Shown here: piece by piece, positions 1 through 14,031 of the stretch | Position numbering within the stretch: position 1 is the stretch's first letter | Layout: the number at the start of each line of letters is the position of its first letter | NCBI RefSeq assembly: GCF_009914755.1 | Contig: NC_060926.1 | Length of the DNA: 64,000 bases | DNA from: the human T2T-CHM13v2.0 reference genome, Homo sapiens | Direction: 5' to 3' (one strand) | Program-made: the position numbers and the translations under genes | The notes under the pieces: model-generated | Database searches by the model: none | What the model was told of the DNA's origin: nothing | The model's input: the letters and a program-made list of their open reading frames with translations, nothing else

Positions 1-43
1 CCCAAAGTGCTGGGATTACAAGCGTGAGCCACCGCGCCCGGCC
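1..43 (-). mobile_element. Alu 5' end (cut by window edge)
   Basis: cccaaagtgctgggattacaagcgtgagccaccgcgcccggcc is the reverse complement of the Alu 5' terminus. Confidence 0.95.
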
Positions 44-1740
44 CTATTTACTTATTTTTTAACCTGACCCCTGGAGCCCCCCGTAGGAGTTGATAGCAAA
101 CAGATAGACACAATGAATAAGTGGAAGTCATGGCTTGTTTCTGCAAAACACGATCTCTCATCCCCCACCCGAAAGGACCTGATATGAGACAAGACTTCCC
201 ATCCCTTAACACATCTTCATCTTATGGTCAGCAGGACTGCTGGTTTTGATTAGACAATAGCAATTAGGTAACCTGGGGAGAGATGGATCAGCACAAGGTG
301 AACCACCCTCCAACCTGCAGCCTCAACTGCTGTGAGTTCCAATCACTGGGAAAGTCTCACGACTTCTTACTTGGTTTACCTTCGAGTTGTGCAGCTGAAT
401 CAAGCCTCTGTCTCATACTATTGCCTTGCATCTACCCCATGCTCAGTCAAACCACCTCTGGTGTCAAGAAATTACACATTATAAACATCATATATGTACA
501 CCTATGAATCGTTTTATATGTGTGTGCATACATTATGATACAGCCCTGATCTTTAAAAGGAGCAAAAATCAGAGAATCGTATGTCTTAAAGAACTATTTC
601 CTTACTTTTTTATGCTAGGTAATGCCCATGTGACAAACATGTAAATATTCATCAAAGACCACATGTATATATTTTAAAGGCATTTTTTCTTCTCCCCAAC
701 TGTATGTATAGCTAGAATCTGCTTGCTGTGTAACCTTTTCTTCTGCATGGAGCTTTTGGTGAAGCAAGGCCATTTGTCCAGTGTTTCATAGCCTTAAGCA
801 TGTTTGCCCTTCGTTTTTTGAATGTTCAAAAAATGTTTAAGTGATCAAGAAAAAGCTCTAACTTTCGACTTTTGTTAATTTTATGACATGACACTGGCCA
901 AAATATTGTTTCAATTACTGTTGAGCCATTCTTATCATTTCCCTGACATAAAATATGCAATGTTTTAGACAGTATTCTACCAAGAGTCTCTCAGACAATT
1001 TTTACAAAAACTCTTTTTTTCCATTATGCACTGGATAATAACAGTATCAGTGTCTATGTTCTTAAAGTTCCTTTTTTTAATTTACTTTTTGGAAAAACGT
1101 TTCTCTTTGGTGGCTAGTTTCGGTGGCTTGGTGTCTTCTTATATTGGAACAAGTGTCCATTTCAATATGTAATATTGTATTTTTAAATAACCAGAATCAA
1201 CAAAGCGAAGATCACTTTTAATTTGGATTCAATTCAGAAGAATAAAACCCCTTTGCGTGACACGATATGGGGAAAATAAACTATTTACAGAGGAGCCAAG
1301 GAAGAAGTTTTTCGATCAAATCTCTTCTATCAAAAGACAATGGAATATTTACCTAAAGCATCTGGGATTCATTTTTTACCTTTCCTAATATGTGGGTTTA
1401 GTGGGAGAATTGATTATGTCATTTCTTCTGTAAAGGTGAAAATCGTTTTTATAAACAACAAAGTAACTTGTGAATGAAAGAAGTAATTTACTAGAACAAC
1501 GCTTGTTGATGATAATTGACATTTAGGTATAACGTCATATATGAATGATTGTATTTATGTATTTATTTGTCAAAATTGTACATACTGTTTCGCCAAAAGT
1601 AATTGTCTGTAAAAGTGCACTCTCCAGGTTTGTAGTACTATTTAGGGTTACATGGGTTGCCAATCAAGCTGCTAATCAGAATACTATTTTTTTGTATCAA
1701 TGTTATAAAACTAAAAATGACAGACACTGAAGATATCATT
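44..1740 (+). other. Probable distal 3' UTR of an unidentified upstream gene
   Basis: Repeat-free, U/AU-rich on the + strand. Pumilio-type TGTANATA at 640-647, 664-671 and 1577-1584; ARE-like TATTTATGTATTTATTT at 1552-1568; AATAAA at 1241-1246 and 1275-1280; TATAAA variant at 1704-1709. No coding exon is present to identify the gene. Confidence 0.55.
1241..1280 (+). terminator. Candidate polyadenylation signals (2x AATAAA)
   Basis: AATAAA at 1241-1246 and 1275-1280 within UTR-like sequence; usage not demonstrable from sequence. Confidence 0.4.
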
Positions 1741-2477
1741 ACACTTTCTTCACCTTCCTCTTGAAATGTAAACTGTTGACTGAAAGCGCAATGCTTATGT
1801 ACAGGCCCATCTGTCATGAGGAAGATTATGGTTCCATAAAGCTGATTTTTTTAAACCATTGGGACAAATAAACAGAAGGAGAACAAATGTGTCACTTCTC
1901 TTCTTTTAGAAGGAATCTCTTTGGTGAGACGTGGTTGTTAAAAGCTGATGCCCTGCCGTTTACCATTAACCTTTTCCACAATCTCAATGTAGGTAATAGT
2001 TCATGCCATTCAGAGCTCATCCCCAAGAGCCCAGTGCGACAGTCAACACGGAGACTATTCCATCTAGTAAGTAGACCAGTGGCTACTCTGGGATTTAGGA
2101 AACAGGGATTCACTTGCCCCTTGGCAGCCTCAAGGAATCATTTTAACCAGCCTCTGTATTAAAGTCTATGGGTTAAACATGCCAACAAACTCCAACTCGG
2201 GGGCATTCTATTAATAATGTGTTTGGCAAATTAGGACATGTTAAATCTAAGGCAAAAATGTCATTCTCCTGTTTCATCTGCATGTATCCTTTGGAATACT
2301 GCATGTTACTTTAGAAGTTTAATTGGATCAGAAAAGATTTATTCAGACATCCTTCACAGCAGCCAAGTAGATGTTGATTGCTGATCCCTGATTGTGTAAG
2401 CAAGAGACTGAGAGCTATTTAAGAGACAAAAGTTCATTTTATTATCAATCCTGATCTAGCTAAACAGATACTCACTT

Positions 2478-2846
2478 TTTTCTTTGTTTTCTTCAACTTA
2501 TTTTAAGTTCAGGGGTACATGTGCAGGATGTGCAGGTTTATTATAAAGGAAATCGTGTGCCATGGTAGTGTGCTGCACAGATCATCCCATCACCTAGGTA
2601 TTAAGCCCAGCCTCCATTAGCTATTCTTCCTGATGCACCCTCCCCTGAACCCCTCCAGACAGGCTGCAGTATGTCGTTCCCCGCCATGTGCCCATGTGTT
2701 CTCCTCATTCAGCTCCCACTTATGAGAACACGTGGTGTTTGGTTTTCTGTTCCTGTGTTAGTTTGCTGAGGATAATGGCTGCCAACTTCATTTATGTCCC
2801 GGCAAAGGACATGATCTCATTCCTTTTTATGGCTGCATAGTATTCC
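2478..2846 (-). mobile_element. 5'-truncated L1PA (older primate subfamily, ~L1PA13-16) 3' end
   Basis: Poly-T then L1 3' UTR (ggtacatgtgcaggatgtgcagg...cccatcacctaggtattaagccc); TSD cagata(c/t)tcactt at 2465-2477 and 2846-2858. Confidence 0.85.
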
Positions 2847-3016
2847 AGATATTCACTTCTTAATAGAAATTTAACTTTTGATTTACTCCCCATATACCTT
2901 GGAGTTCAAAAAGGTAAAGTTTATCAGGTGAGTGGAACTATGTGAATAAACAACAAAATCATAAAATATACAGATTTGTATTCCACATAACTTTTTCAAA
3001 GGACCAACATCAAGAG

Positions 3017-3514
3017 CAGTGATCTAAAAATATAGTCTCCAGGTTGGGCACGATGGCTCATGCCTGTAATCCCACCACTATGGGAGACCGAGGTGGTGGG
3101 TCACCTGAGGGCTAGGCGTTCAAAACCAGCCTGGCCAACTTGGTGAAACCCCGTCTCTACTAAATGTACAAAACTTAGCCGGGCAGGGTGGTACACTCCT
3201 GTAATCCCAGCTACTTGGGAGGCTGAGGCAGGAAAATCGCTTGAACCGGGAGAGGGGGGTTGCAGTGAGCCAAGATTGCACCACCGCACTCCAGCCTGGG
3301 TGACAGACCACAACTCTGTCTCAAAAATAAATAAATAAATAAACAAATAAATAAATAAAAGTATAGTCTCCAGACCAAGAGCACTAGACTCATCAGGGAA
3401 CTTGCTAGAAAGGCAAATTCTCAAGTCCCTCCAGAAACTTCACCGTGTGGCTCAGCAGTCCATTTTAATGAGCCCTCTAGGTAACTCCAATGCCCGCTGG
3501 AGCTGAGAACACTG
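3017..3514 (+). mobile_element. MER5A-like hAT-Charlie MITE split by an Alu
   Basis: cagtgatctaaaaatatagtctccag [Alu] accaagagcactag...cagggaacttgctagaaaggcaaattctc...tgagaacactg follows the MER5 layout. Confidence 0.65.
3042..3360 (+). mobile_element. AluS with (AAAT)n tail
   Basis: Full dimer; TSD tatagtctccag on both sides. Confidence 0.95.
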
Positions 3515-3702
3515 ACCCAGAGCAGAGATTGGCAAACTACAGTCTGTGAACTCCATCTGGCCTGCTGTCCATAAGCTAGGAGTGGTTCCCATGAACAGCT
3601 GCAATGACTTAATGACAGCAGATGCTAACATGGAACTCCAACTAAGCAGGACGTTAGTCCAACACGAAGAATGCCATTCCTCTCATTAGTAGATGTGTAT
3701 GA

Positions 3703-4317
<615 letters not shown>

Positions 4318-5416
4318 AGTACTATCATATATTTTCAAGTTTGCTTCTTGACCTGAAAAGCTTAAAATATTTATTGCACTTTATAGGAAAAGTTTGTCAA
4401 CCTCTGACCTAGAGAAACAGGAAAACATCTGAAAAAGGTGCTATACACAAAACGTTTCCAGTTACGGATGAAAATCACATCAGCATTGGAACTGTCTTCC
4501 CATGCAGCCAGGAAAATGACGATGTAGTCATGATAATGAATTGCATTAAAAACCAACAGCTGCATATATTTTTGAAATATTTCCTTGTTTTCTCTGAGTA
4601 ATTTTTTAAAATTATAAAAGCTTGATTCTAATTGTCACAATTACCCACATCTTAATTAATATATTGCTTAAAGATGTGTGCATATTAGACCTAAAAGGGT
4701 GGGTTTCATATAGCTTGATTATCATAATTGCAAGTATTCTATTTTCTCATTTACTTAATTGATTGTCATAGATTTCCAGATGAATTCACACTGCTGGGAG
4801 AAAACTGAATACATTTTTAAGAGAAAAAACAAAAATGAACAAAAACAGAAATGGGGATATTTAAAAGAGCAATGTGCCCCACAATATAATCCATGGGAGC
4901 ATGAAAAATCGCCCTCGATAAGATCTCCTTACCTCCTTGCTGGTTAAAATGGGCATTTTTGTGAAATGAAAGAGAAATGAACGAAAAAGTGTTATTGATT
5001 CAACCACATCGATAATAACGCTGGCTCCACACTCTCTTCAGCCAGAGGTGCCTAGTGCTCAAGAAAATTTTTCCATTTAGTTTACCTTCTAGAATCTATC
5101 AGTTTAGTACATTATGTCAAGTATTTGTTAGGCCTGTTGCAATGACCTCAGGCCTCACCTGGAGGGAAAATGGCACAAGAGGTAATTTATTCTCTCTCTA
5201 GGTTTATTCTAGAGTGTTTACTCAGCAGTGGCTGCCTGATACAGCAGGCTGGGCCGAGTTACATGTGGGGGTTTGTAATGAAGACTATTTTTCAGCAGAA
5301 GTGAAGATGACCTCACCAAGCATAAGGTGAGGGGGAAGAGAGCATCAGAGAATTTCTCCCATTGCAAAACCTTAAATTTTCAGTGCCCATTCTTCTGTTT
5401 TGTCATTGTTGTTGCT

Positions 5417-5570
5417 GAATCCTAACAATAGCCTCATGAGGTAGATGCTGCTCTTATCTCCAATTGGCAGATTAGGGAATTGAGGCAACAGAGGCTTCTG
5501 TAACTTACAGGGTGAATTCAGGCCCTCTGGCTCTAGAGGCCATGTTCATCACCAACATAGCATTTTGCTT
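5417..5570 (-). mobile_element. MIR fragment
   Basis: aatcctaacaatagcctcatgaggtag...cagattagggaattgaggc resembles the MIR core. Confidence 0.6.
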
Positions 5571-5682
5571 CTCAAAAATAAGGACACATACCACGCCCCA
5601 CCTCCACACTGCCCCAGGCCCCAGTTCCTGCAGAATTCAGTGTAGCTATTTTAATGTTATTCAGTTTGGAACTTTTGCCCTG

Positions 5683-5878
5683 TTTTTACTGAGTTATAAT
5701 TTATATACTTTAAAATTCTCTTTTTAAATGTGCAGTTCTATGAGTTTTGACAAATGTGTACATTCAGGTAACAACCACCATAATAAGAAATACAACAGTT
5801 CTAGTACTTTCCCAAATTTTCTCATGACCCATTGTAATCAGCCCCCTCCCCCAGCCTCTGGCAATCACTGGTCTCTTT
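5683..5878 (-). mobile_element. Old L1M (L1MC/ME-type) 3' end
   Basis: gtgcagttctatgagttttgacaaatgtgtac...ccagcctctggcaatcactg is a typical L1M 3' UTR. Confidence 0.7.
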
Positions 5879-6670
5879 CCAAATTTTTATTTTACTTGAG
5901 ATTTACATGTTATTTAATCATCATCTATAAGGTTTAATGTATAGAAAAAGTTGCTTCAAATAACCCATCATGACACCTTAGCATCCAACAAGGCAAAAAA
6001 ATCGAAAAGAATAAAACAAGAAAACAGAAATCTTAAGAAAATAGTTAAGCAACACATAAATACAGATAAAAGATTCAGGAATTTAAAAATAAACCCCCAT
6101 TCATTCAATAATATCCAAGTCTAATAAATATTAATAAGAAAGATGCCAGTCAAAAATCTACCACCTCACTCGAAATTTAGACCAGCGCACTAGGAACTTT
6201 AACAGAGTTTCTCTGCTTCAGAGCTCACATTTCTATAGAGAGAACGATCTATAAGTTCAATTATGCCTTCTTCCTTCTTGGAAGCAAAGGATCCTCTGGA
6301 GAGGTGTCCATCACTAACTAGCTCCTTAAAAAGGCAGGCCCTGTTTACACTCAAGGCTGTGGCTCCACACCTGTCATAAACCACACTCTGATGAGCTCTC
6401 CCTCTGTATCTGTTTGTGCTTTCTGACTTACTGTTGGTTTCTTCGACATATGCTAGTCCAAATTTTCTTTAGAAAAAGACAATTTCACCACTACAAGCTT
6501 CTCTTCAAACTTTATCAATAGAATCATCTGAGTTAACTTGGAAAGCATGTCATTTACAACAAAATGCCTCTCCGTCCTAGCAGGAGTTGGAGCCATAGGC
6601 AGCATAAATATGGAAGCAAAATAGTATACTGGAGCAGGAAGGACAGGATGAGGGACACACAGACGCTATA

Positions 6671-6826
6671 GCAATGCTTCTCAGACTGGCACATGCCAAG
6701 TAATTACCTGAGAATCTTGGTAAAATGCAGAATTGTAGTTCTGGAGTCTAACCCACAGTTCTTTCTTGTGAGCTTCCAGGCAATGCTGATGCCACTGGTG
6801 CATAGACTGTGTTTTGAGTAACAGGG
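6671..6826. mobile_element. MER5-family MITE
   Basis: aattacctgagaatcttggtaaaatgcaga...ccaggcaatgctgatgccactggt...ttttgagta. Confidence 0.55.
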
Positions 6827-6866
6827 CTCTGGAATTCAAGGCTAGATTCTAGACAGGGTTACTAGT

Positions 6867-7165
6867 TTTTTGGTTTGTTTGGTTTTGGTTTTGTTTTGAG
6901 AGAGGGTCTCCGACACCCAGGCTGGAGTGCAGTGACATGATCTTGACCTCCCAGGCTCAGGTGATTCTCCCACCTCAGCCTTCTGAGTAGCTGGGACTGC
7001 AGGCTAGAGCCACCACGCCCAGCTAATTATTTTGTATTTTTTTTTAGAGAGAGAAGGGGTTTCACCATGATGCCCAGGCTGGTCTCTAATCCTCGGCTCA
7101 AGTGATCCACCCTCCTAGACCTCCCAAAGTGCTGGGATTATAGGCGTGAGCCACCGCACCCAGCC
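6867..7165 (-). mobile_element. AluJ (small internal deletion)
   Basis: Diverged dimer; TSD agggttactagt at 6855-6866 and 7167-7178. Confidence 0.9.
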
Positions 7166-7782
7166 TAGGGTTACTAGTATTCAATAAGCATCTATACCAG
7201 AGATGCTTACCATACCAGAGACTTTTACCTATATTACCTCTTTAAATATTCATAAAAACTTGTTGGAAGGGATTATGGATTAAAGTGAGGTTTGAGTCTG
7301 TAGTACAATTTTAGGTTAGAAACTCACTATTTTTATTTCTTGTATGTAGCTTTCTCTAAGACCTTATGGGAGAAGGGTGAGGTCCTGGAGGAAGCAATAC
7401 ATCAAAGTAACAAAAACAATGGGAAGCAAAATACCACACTATTATTTTGCTGATTCAGTACCCAGTAACCCAATATAGGATTCTATGTTAAAACCAAGTT
7501 GGAGCTTATGATGTAGCCCCAGGTCAAAGTCGGACCTGATGGCTTTATCTTCCCACCAACCACCATTTATAGTATGTGGGCATACTATATAGCACAGAAA
7601 GGAGACAGAGAGAAGTATGTAGAGCCAGGCTACGGTGCTTCTGGTACAAGACAATGGAGACAACAGGAACAGAAGGAAAGCAGCAGAGAGCCACGCAAGT
7701 ATGTCATCTGCAAGAAACAGCAACCCCACATATGCATAAATGATGCCAAATTATTGTCATAGGATATGACCATTCAGATTTA

Positions 7783-8078
<296 letters not shown>

Positions 8079-8194
8079 GTTTATAATCTTACCTTTTCAG
8101 AGGAACATCATTAGGATGAGAGAAAGGAAGTTTTTTTGTTTTGTTTTTTGTTTTTGTTTTTTTGGCATTAATGAGAAACTAAGTAGTCCCTCCC

Positions 8195-8370
8195 AAACAA
8201 GGAATCCAGCATTTATTATTGTCACCATTTTGGGGTTGAAAAATCCAGAAGTCAGAGAAATCAAGAGACTTTTTCAATGTAAAAAATCAATAACTGGAAA
8301 GATACTATTCAAACCCCAGGTATTTTGACTGGAGTCCAGTCTTTTTATTTTCCATTGTGTCATATTGCTC
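8195..8370 (-). mobile_element. MIR fragment
   Basis: tattattgtcaccatttt...attcaaaccccaggtattttgactggagtccag. Confidence 0.5.
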
Positions 8371-10819
8371 TAAATTTTATTTGCAATTCAGAAACAAGTA
8401 GGGGCAAACCCTCCCTGGTTTTAAAGGTTAGAATCAGCAATACATCCAAGGTCAAATGAGCAGTCAGTGCTTGAAGTAACAGACAAATCTGAAAAGTCAG
8501 CAGAAAAAAAATAAGTAATCCCGAGTCCAGATATGCAGCTCAAAGAATGTGCAAATAGCTAAGACAACAGGGTCAAAACCTAGGCAAGAGTCAGATAAAT
8601 AGGTTCAGAACAGGCATCAGGTTTACCTAATATCAAATGGCACAACACAGTGAACCTGATTTTTCAGGCAGAGCTCTCATCCAGGAAAACTTTCAATTAC
8701 CATGAATTGGGTTGACTACAGGATCCGCAAAGGGAGGGCTGTACCTCTGCTTTGGAATCTAGACATAACCTAGATCAGATGTCGCCACAAATAAAATAAG
8801 TGTTCAACAAGAACACAAAACACACTTTACAACAGCTTTGCATGCAGTTTATTTCCAAGACAAAACGAACAAAGAGAAAATGACTCCAAAGTAACAAAGG
8901 AGAAGAATCAGCAGTAGAGACAATGAGAATTTAAGGAGACAATGAGCAAGAAGCAGGAAGACCAGGGAAGTAAGAGAGCAGAAGTAACTAATTTAGGGGG
9001 AGATGGAAGATGGGGAAAGAGCCACACCTGTTTTCAGATTATGTTGACCAATGTTTCTCTGCTTTTGCCATTGTAAAAATTATCTATCATAAATTTCAAT
9101 CCACTTTCCATCAAATTATCTTTCAGTTACAGTACAAAAAAAGGTAGGGGGAGGTGTTTCCCAGAGGCAGACACCAACCCATATTTTCTCATATATCAGC
9201 TTAGTTTTTTGTGGCCTGTTTTGCTTTTCTTACATTTTCCTTATTATTATACTCAGTTGGTTCTGATTCCCATTCCAGAAACAGTACATTCTTTTGCATG
9301 AAATTTTGCAGATGTCCTACAGATTAGATCCCAGAGGTTATACATGTTCGGATTTCCAAGGGCATAATAATAAGCGAAATCCCTAATTTAAGTGAAGAAG
9401 GAGATTGTTGGAGACCTTTCTCTCTACAACATTAGAGGGCTGTTACAAACTAAAGCAATCTCACTTTAGAGTCTAGCTTTAAACTTAGTATTAAAGTCAA
9501 AATAATGAGATTCACATTAGGTTTCTGATAAACTATAAAATCAATTTCAATTGAGAAACTTGTCATTTTGCTTTTATTACCCTTGGGTACATGGCAGAAT
9601 GTTGATGGAAATCTATGAAGGCATATCCATTCATTCATTCATTCATTCAGCTGTTCACTCATAAATATTCCTTGAAGGTTGACCAGGGACCAGACACAGT
9701 GTTAGCACCAAGTGTTATTATATATTTAGGAGGTGATTGTTCAATATTCTTTTCAAAGCTGAAGTTTTTTATTATAATATTCAAAATCAGAAATTGCTTC
9801 CTAGAATTCCTAATCCCTGAATGTCTTCTCAGATGATGCTTTATGCTAATAGGACTTGTGATCCCAAGTTTACCAAGCCAGAATTTTTTATAACTTGGTT
9901 GATGGAATCAACATTTTTTTTTATTTTATGTATAAACCTAATAGATTAGCATACAGGTTAAATTAGTGCCTGTTAACCAAAAAAGAAAAATAGTAACACA
10001 TATTTAGTCCTATATATTTGGGTCTCCAATTACTAAACCCGTTTTCATCAAAGTAAATTGTGTTAGAGATCTAGCCCCAACCAAGAACCAATAGGTTCAA
10101 TTACATTACGTGGTGATGTTTTTGTTTCTTCAAACAAATGGAAGATTATGCAGAACACTAGACAGGTTTCGTGATTTAAAATAAAAATGCACTTATGTGA
10201 AATTAAGATAAGCATATAGCACAATGAGCAATAGAATTTGTTGAAAACTTCAGGTGAGCAGATCTATCTCCGTCACCTATCCGGAGTCAACCTCTATGTC
10301 CAATCTGCACTCACAGCCATGAATGTGCAGCTGAACATGGTTGAAATCTTTAGACCTTTCAACAATTGCCCCAATAGGACTGAGGCATCTCTCACTTAGC
10401 TTTACTGAACTCCACATGAATGCTCAATAAGGGCTTGTTTAAAGTCTTCTCCCCATACAAGGTAGCAGCTCTGTGGTCTGCGATGACCTCCTCACCCCAC
10501 ATCCCTGTGTACCCAAATTTCATGACCCAAGTCAAATGCTATTCATTTATGAAATTCTTTATAATTCCAAGAAAGCAAGTGTGTGTGGGCACTCATATGC
10601 TATGACGGTTGTAGGGCTTCTCAACGCATTTGTTGAGGCCCCTTACTCTCTAAATACAAAGTTTACCAGATATAATGCCAAAGTCACAAAGGTCCCCTGA
10701 TGTCAATCCTTTGATGTAAGGGAAGGATTTATTGAATTATTTCCCTTTATGTTTAAAGAGTTGATGAGCTCCTTTGGAATGGATCAAAGCAATGATTAGC
10801 AACCTTGGACTTTGTGGAC

Positions 10820-11672
10820 ATTACTTATCTTCTTCCAAAATCTACTTTTTGCCCCATTTTTCCATCTCAATAATTGGGCTCTCAAGTCTCAGTTGCTCAA
10901 GTTAGAACTCTGGGAATTCCTCCCACCTGCAACTGGAATCTGCTTCTACCTTACCCATAGCTAGAGTTCCTCATGAGGCCCTCTCTTTTTATTGTTAGGA
11001 TTGGTTTTGATTAGTTAGTAGCCTGCTTGCTCATCTTTCTAATCCCACTTTCCCTTCTCCAATCCCTCATCCACACAGCAGCCAGAGAGGCCTTTTTAAA
11101 ACAAAAACCAGACCACATCATCCCCCCACTTAAAACATTTCACTGATTTTCCAATGTAAAATCAAATACAAAATCCCTAATATGGTCTTGCATCATGGGA
11201 TCTCTGATGACATCTGGGACCTCATCTCATCCCACCACACCCTCCTCATGTTCCAGCCACACTGACCCACTTCCACTTCCAGGAACTTGCCCAGCCTTCT
11301 CCTTCCTCAGCCCCTACTCTGCTCTCCTCGCATGGTCTTCTCCCTCACGGTTCTACTCCTCCTCGATTTCGAAAACTCTTCCCTGCCATCCACAATCTGG
11401 TGGAGGTGTCATTTCTCAGAGAGACTTACCCAGACTCTCCCACTTGAAATTAGTTCCTGTGTCACTCATTTGCGTAGTACCTTATTATATTCCTTTATTG
11501 CATGCACCAATATTTATAATTGTCTGTTTTAGTGTTTATTCGTTTAAAGTCTATCTCCCCCGCTAGCCCACAATCTCCATGAAGGCAGAGACCAGATCTT
11601 CTTAGCCCACATTGTATGTTCAGCACCAAACACAGAGTCAGACAAAGAAGGCACTTGTTGAATAACTAAATT
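10820..11672 (+). mobile_element. L2 3' portion
   Basis: catccacacagcagccagag...ctccatgaaggcagagacc...cagcaccaaacacag...ttgttgaata are L2 3'-end hallmarks. Confidence 0.7.
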
Positions 11673-12039
11673 AACTGTTTTCTGTTATTTCAAGAGAAAT
11701 TCCAAAGTCTCAAACAGTCCTCAAAACGAAGTCAATTTTCTTGCACTCTAATTCTTTTTAATTATTCCATTCTTTAAGAGTGATAGGAAAAAAGTTGTAA
11801 GTCATGAAATCTAAGTTGTTGGAAGGGCCTTTTGTGTCTTAATTCAACAAATTCAATATCCAGATAATGGCACGTCCATCTTTGATTAGTTAACTCCAGA
11901 TGCAGGGAGCTCATTCCTTCCTAAGGATATGCTTTCCCTTTATGGGTAGATCACTGGCTTTCTTCTAGCTATTACAAAATAATGTATCATTTTGACCCTT
12001 AGTCTTCTTTTTTTCCCATAAGCCCCTCCTGTGAACAGG

Positions 12040-12420
12040 GTCTTTTTCCCTGTTCAAAGGTTCCCCATGGCTGCACAAAAAGAACAAAGACCAAATGCCT
12101 TAATAGAGTTTACCTGGCCATTTAGGAGCTGTCCCCTGCTTTCTTCAAGTCTCTGCCATCCCTCTGTGCTCTGGCCATACTGAATACATGCTCTATCTCT
12201 CCCAGGGCTTTTCACATGTTATCCTCTCTGCTTGAAACTTTCCTCCTCCCTCCTCCTTCTTCCCTCTTCCATTCTCCCACCTCTTCACCTGGTATCTGCT
12301 TCTCAATCTTTAGTTCTTAGCTCTAAAGACCTTCCTTCTGGAAGCCCTTCCTGACACCCTCTCCGCTCATTCTAAGCTGCATTCTTTTTCTTTGCTTCCA
12401 AAGTACTCAGTCTGTCTAAA
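12040..12420 (+). mobile_element. L2 fragment
   Basis: cagggcttttcacatgttatcctctctgcttgaaac...ggaagcccttcctgac. Confidence 0.55.
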
Positions 12421-13362
12421 TCTGATGATCACACTTCAGCTGTTTCACTACCAGATCCAGTAGAGCATGCATATATGTATGTCTCCTGTAAATGGATTTT
12501 TATTTTCTATATTGAGAAAGGATACAGCAAGTTCTTTCCATGTCCGTTGAAGTCAGTGAGTAAAAAGTTTTTGGTTTATTTTTGCTAGGTTCATATCACC
12601 CATCTTACCCTTCAATGACATCGGCTTCTAAACAATCCCTGATATGGAACTGATTAACTCTTGCAGGTCTGTTTGGCCTGTCTTTGAGTGGGGAATTGGG
12701 AGTGGTGATGCTGGAAAAAATCCTATTAAATATAATTACACATTGCAGTAAGGGATATATAGGAAAGCGCTATGGATGCTATGAAGAGATATGTTTCAGA
12801 TTAAAGAGTTTGAGGTGGACTCTGAAGAAGTGATATAAAAACAATCAAATTTGGGATCCTACCTGGAGACTCAGGCTGCATGTCGCCCCAGAGGTGTGCA
12901 GATCTTTTGGTCTGGACACCATTTTTAAAATATGTGAATTTGACTGCCACCCAATCCCCTCAACATCTGAATTTCTAGCCTGCATTATAAAATTTTTTTT
13001 AATTTTTTTATTTCCATACGTTATTGGTGAACAAGTGGTGTTTTGTTACATGAGTAAGTTCTTTAGTGGTGATTTGCAAGATTTTGGTGCACCCATCACC
13101 CAAGCAGTGTACACTGAACCCAGTTTGTAGTTTTCTATCCCTCACCCCCTTCCCACCCTTTCCCCCTGAGTCCCCAAAGTCCACTGTGTCATTTCTATGC
13201 CTTTGCATACTCATAGCTTAGCTTAGCTCCAACTTATGAGTGAGAACATACGATGTTTGGTTTTCCATTCCTGAGTTACTTCACTTAGAATAATAGTCCC
13301 CAATCTCATCCAGGTTGCTGTGAATGCCATTAATTCATTCCTTTTTATGGCTAATATACCTT

Positions 13363-13366
13363 CATA

Positions 13367-13409
<43 letters not shown>

Positions 13410-14031
13410 ATCCAAATAACCTCAATGAGAAATAAAATGGGAGATATTACAACGGACACAATAGAAATACAAAAAAATCATTCAAGTCTACTATGAACAC
13501 CTTTACGTGCATAAACTAGAAAATCTAGAAAAGATGAATAAATTCCTGGAAAGATAAACCCTCCTAGCTTAAATCAGGAAGAATTAGATACTCTGAACAG
13601 ACCAATAACAAGCAGCAAGATTAAAGTGGTAATTAAAAAATTACCAACAAAAAAAGTCCAGGACCAGACGGATTCACAGAAGGATTCTACCAGACATTCA
13701 AAGAAGAATTAATTGTTACCAATCCTATTGACACTATTCCACAAGATAGAGAAAGAGGAAACCCTCCCTAAATCATTCTGTGAAGATAACATTCTAGATT
13801 ATATATATATAATATATATTATATTATAATATATAATAAATAATATATAATTTATAAATTATAAATATAATTTATATAATACATAATACAATATTCTACC
13901 AGATATATATGTATATATATATATATGTATATATATATGTGTATATATATGTGTATATATATATATACACGTATATATATATGTGTATATATATATACGT
14001 GTATATATATATATATGTATATACACACACA
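13363..14031. repeat. (TG)/(TA)n and AT-only low-complexity tracts flanking the inverted insert
   Basis: (TG)(TA)n at 13363-13405; AT-rich/(TA)n at 13798-14031. Confidence 0.9.
13406..13785 (+). repeat. Inverted duplicate of 15844-16219 (L1 ORF2 segment)
   Basis: Reverse-complement match along the whole segment; the ORF track shows near-identical peptides MSVVISPILFLIEVIWIF (minus, 13459) and [18 protein letters not shown] (plus, 16166). Confidence 0.9.

Noticed and set aside
819-1033. miRNA seed matches (TGAATGT, CAGTATT, TGCACTG)
   Set aside because: Single 7-mers in AT-rich sequence are expected by chance without conservation data
44-1740. Assigning a gene symbol to the UTR-like block
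   Set aside because: I do not recognise the sequence and no coding exon lies in the window
5880-6570. Processed pseudogene on the minus strand
   Set aside because: No recognisable protein in the 61-aa ORF and no clear poly-A plus TSD
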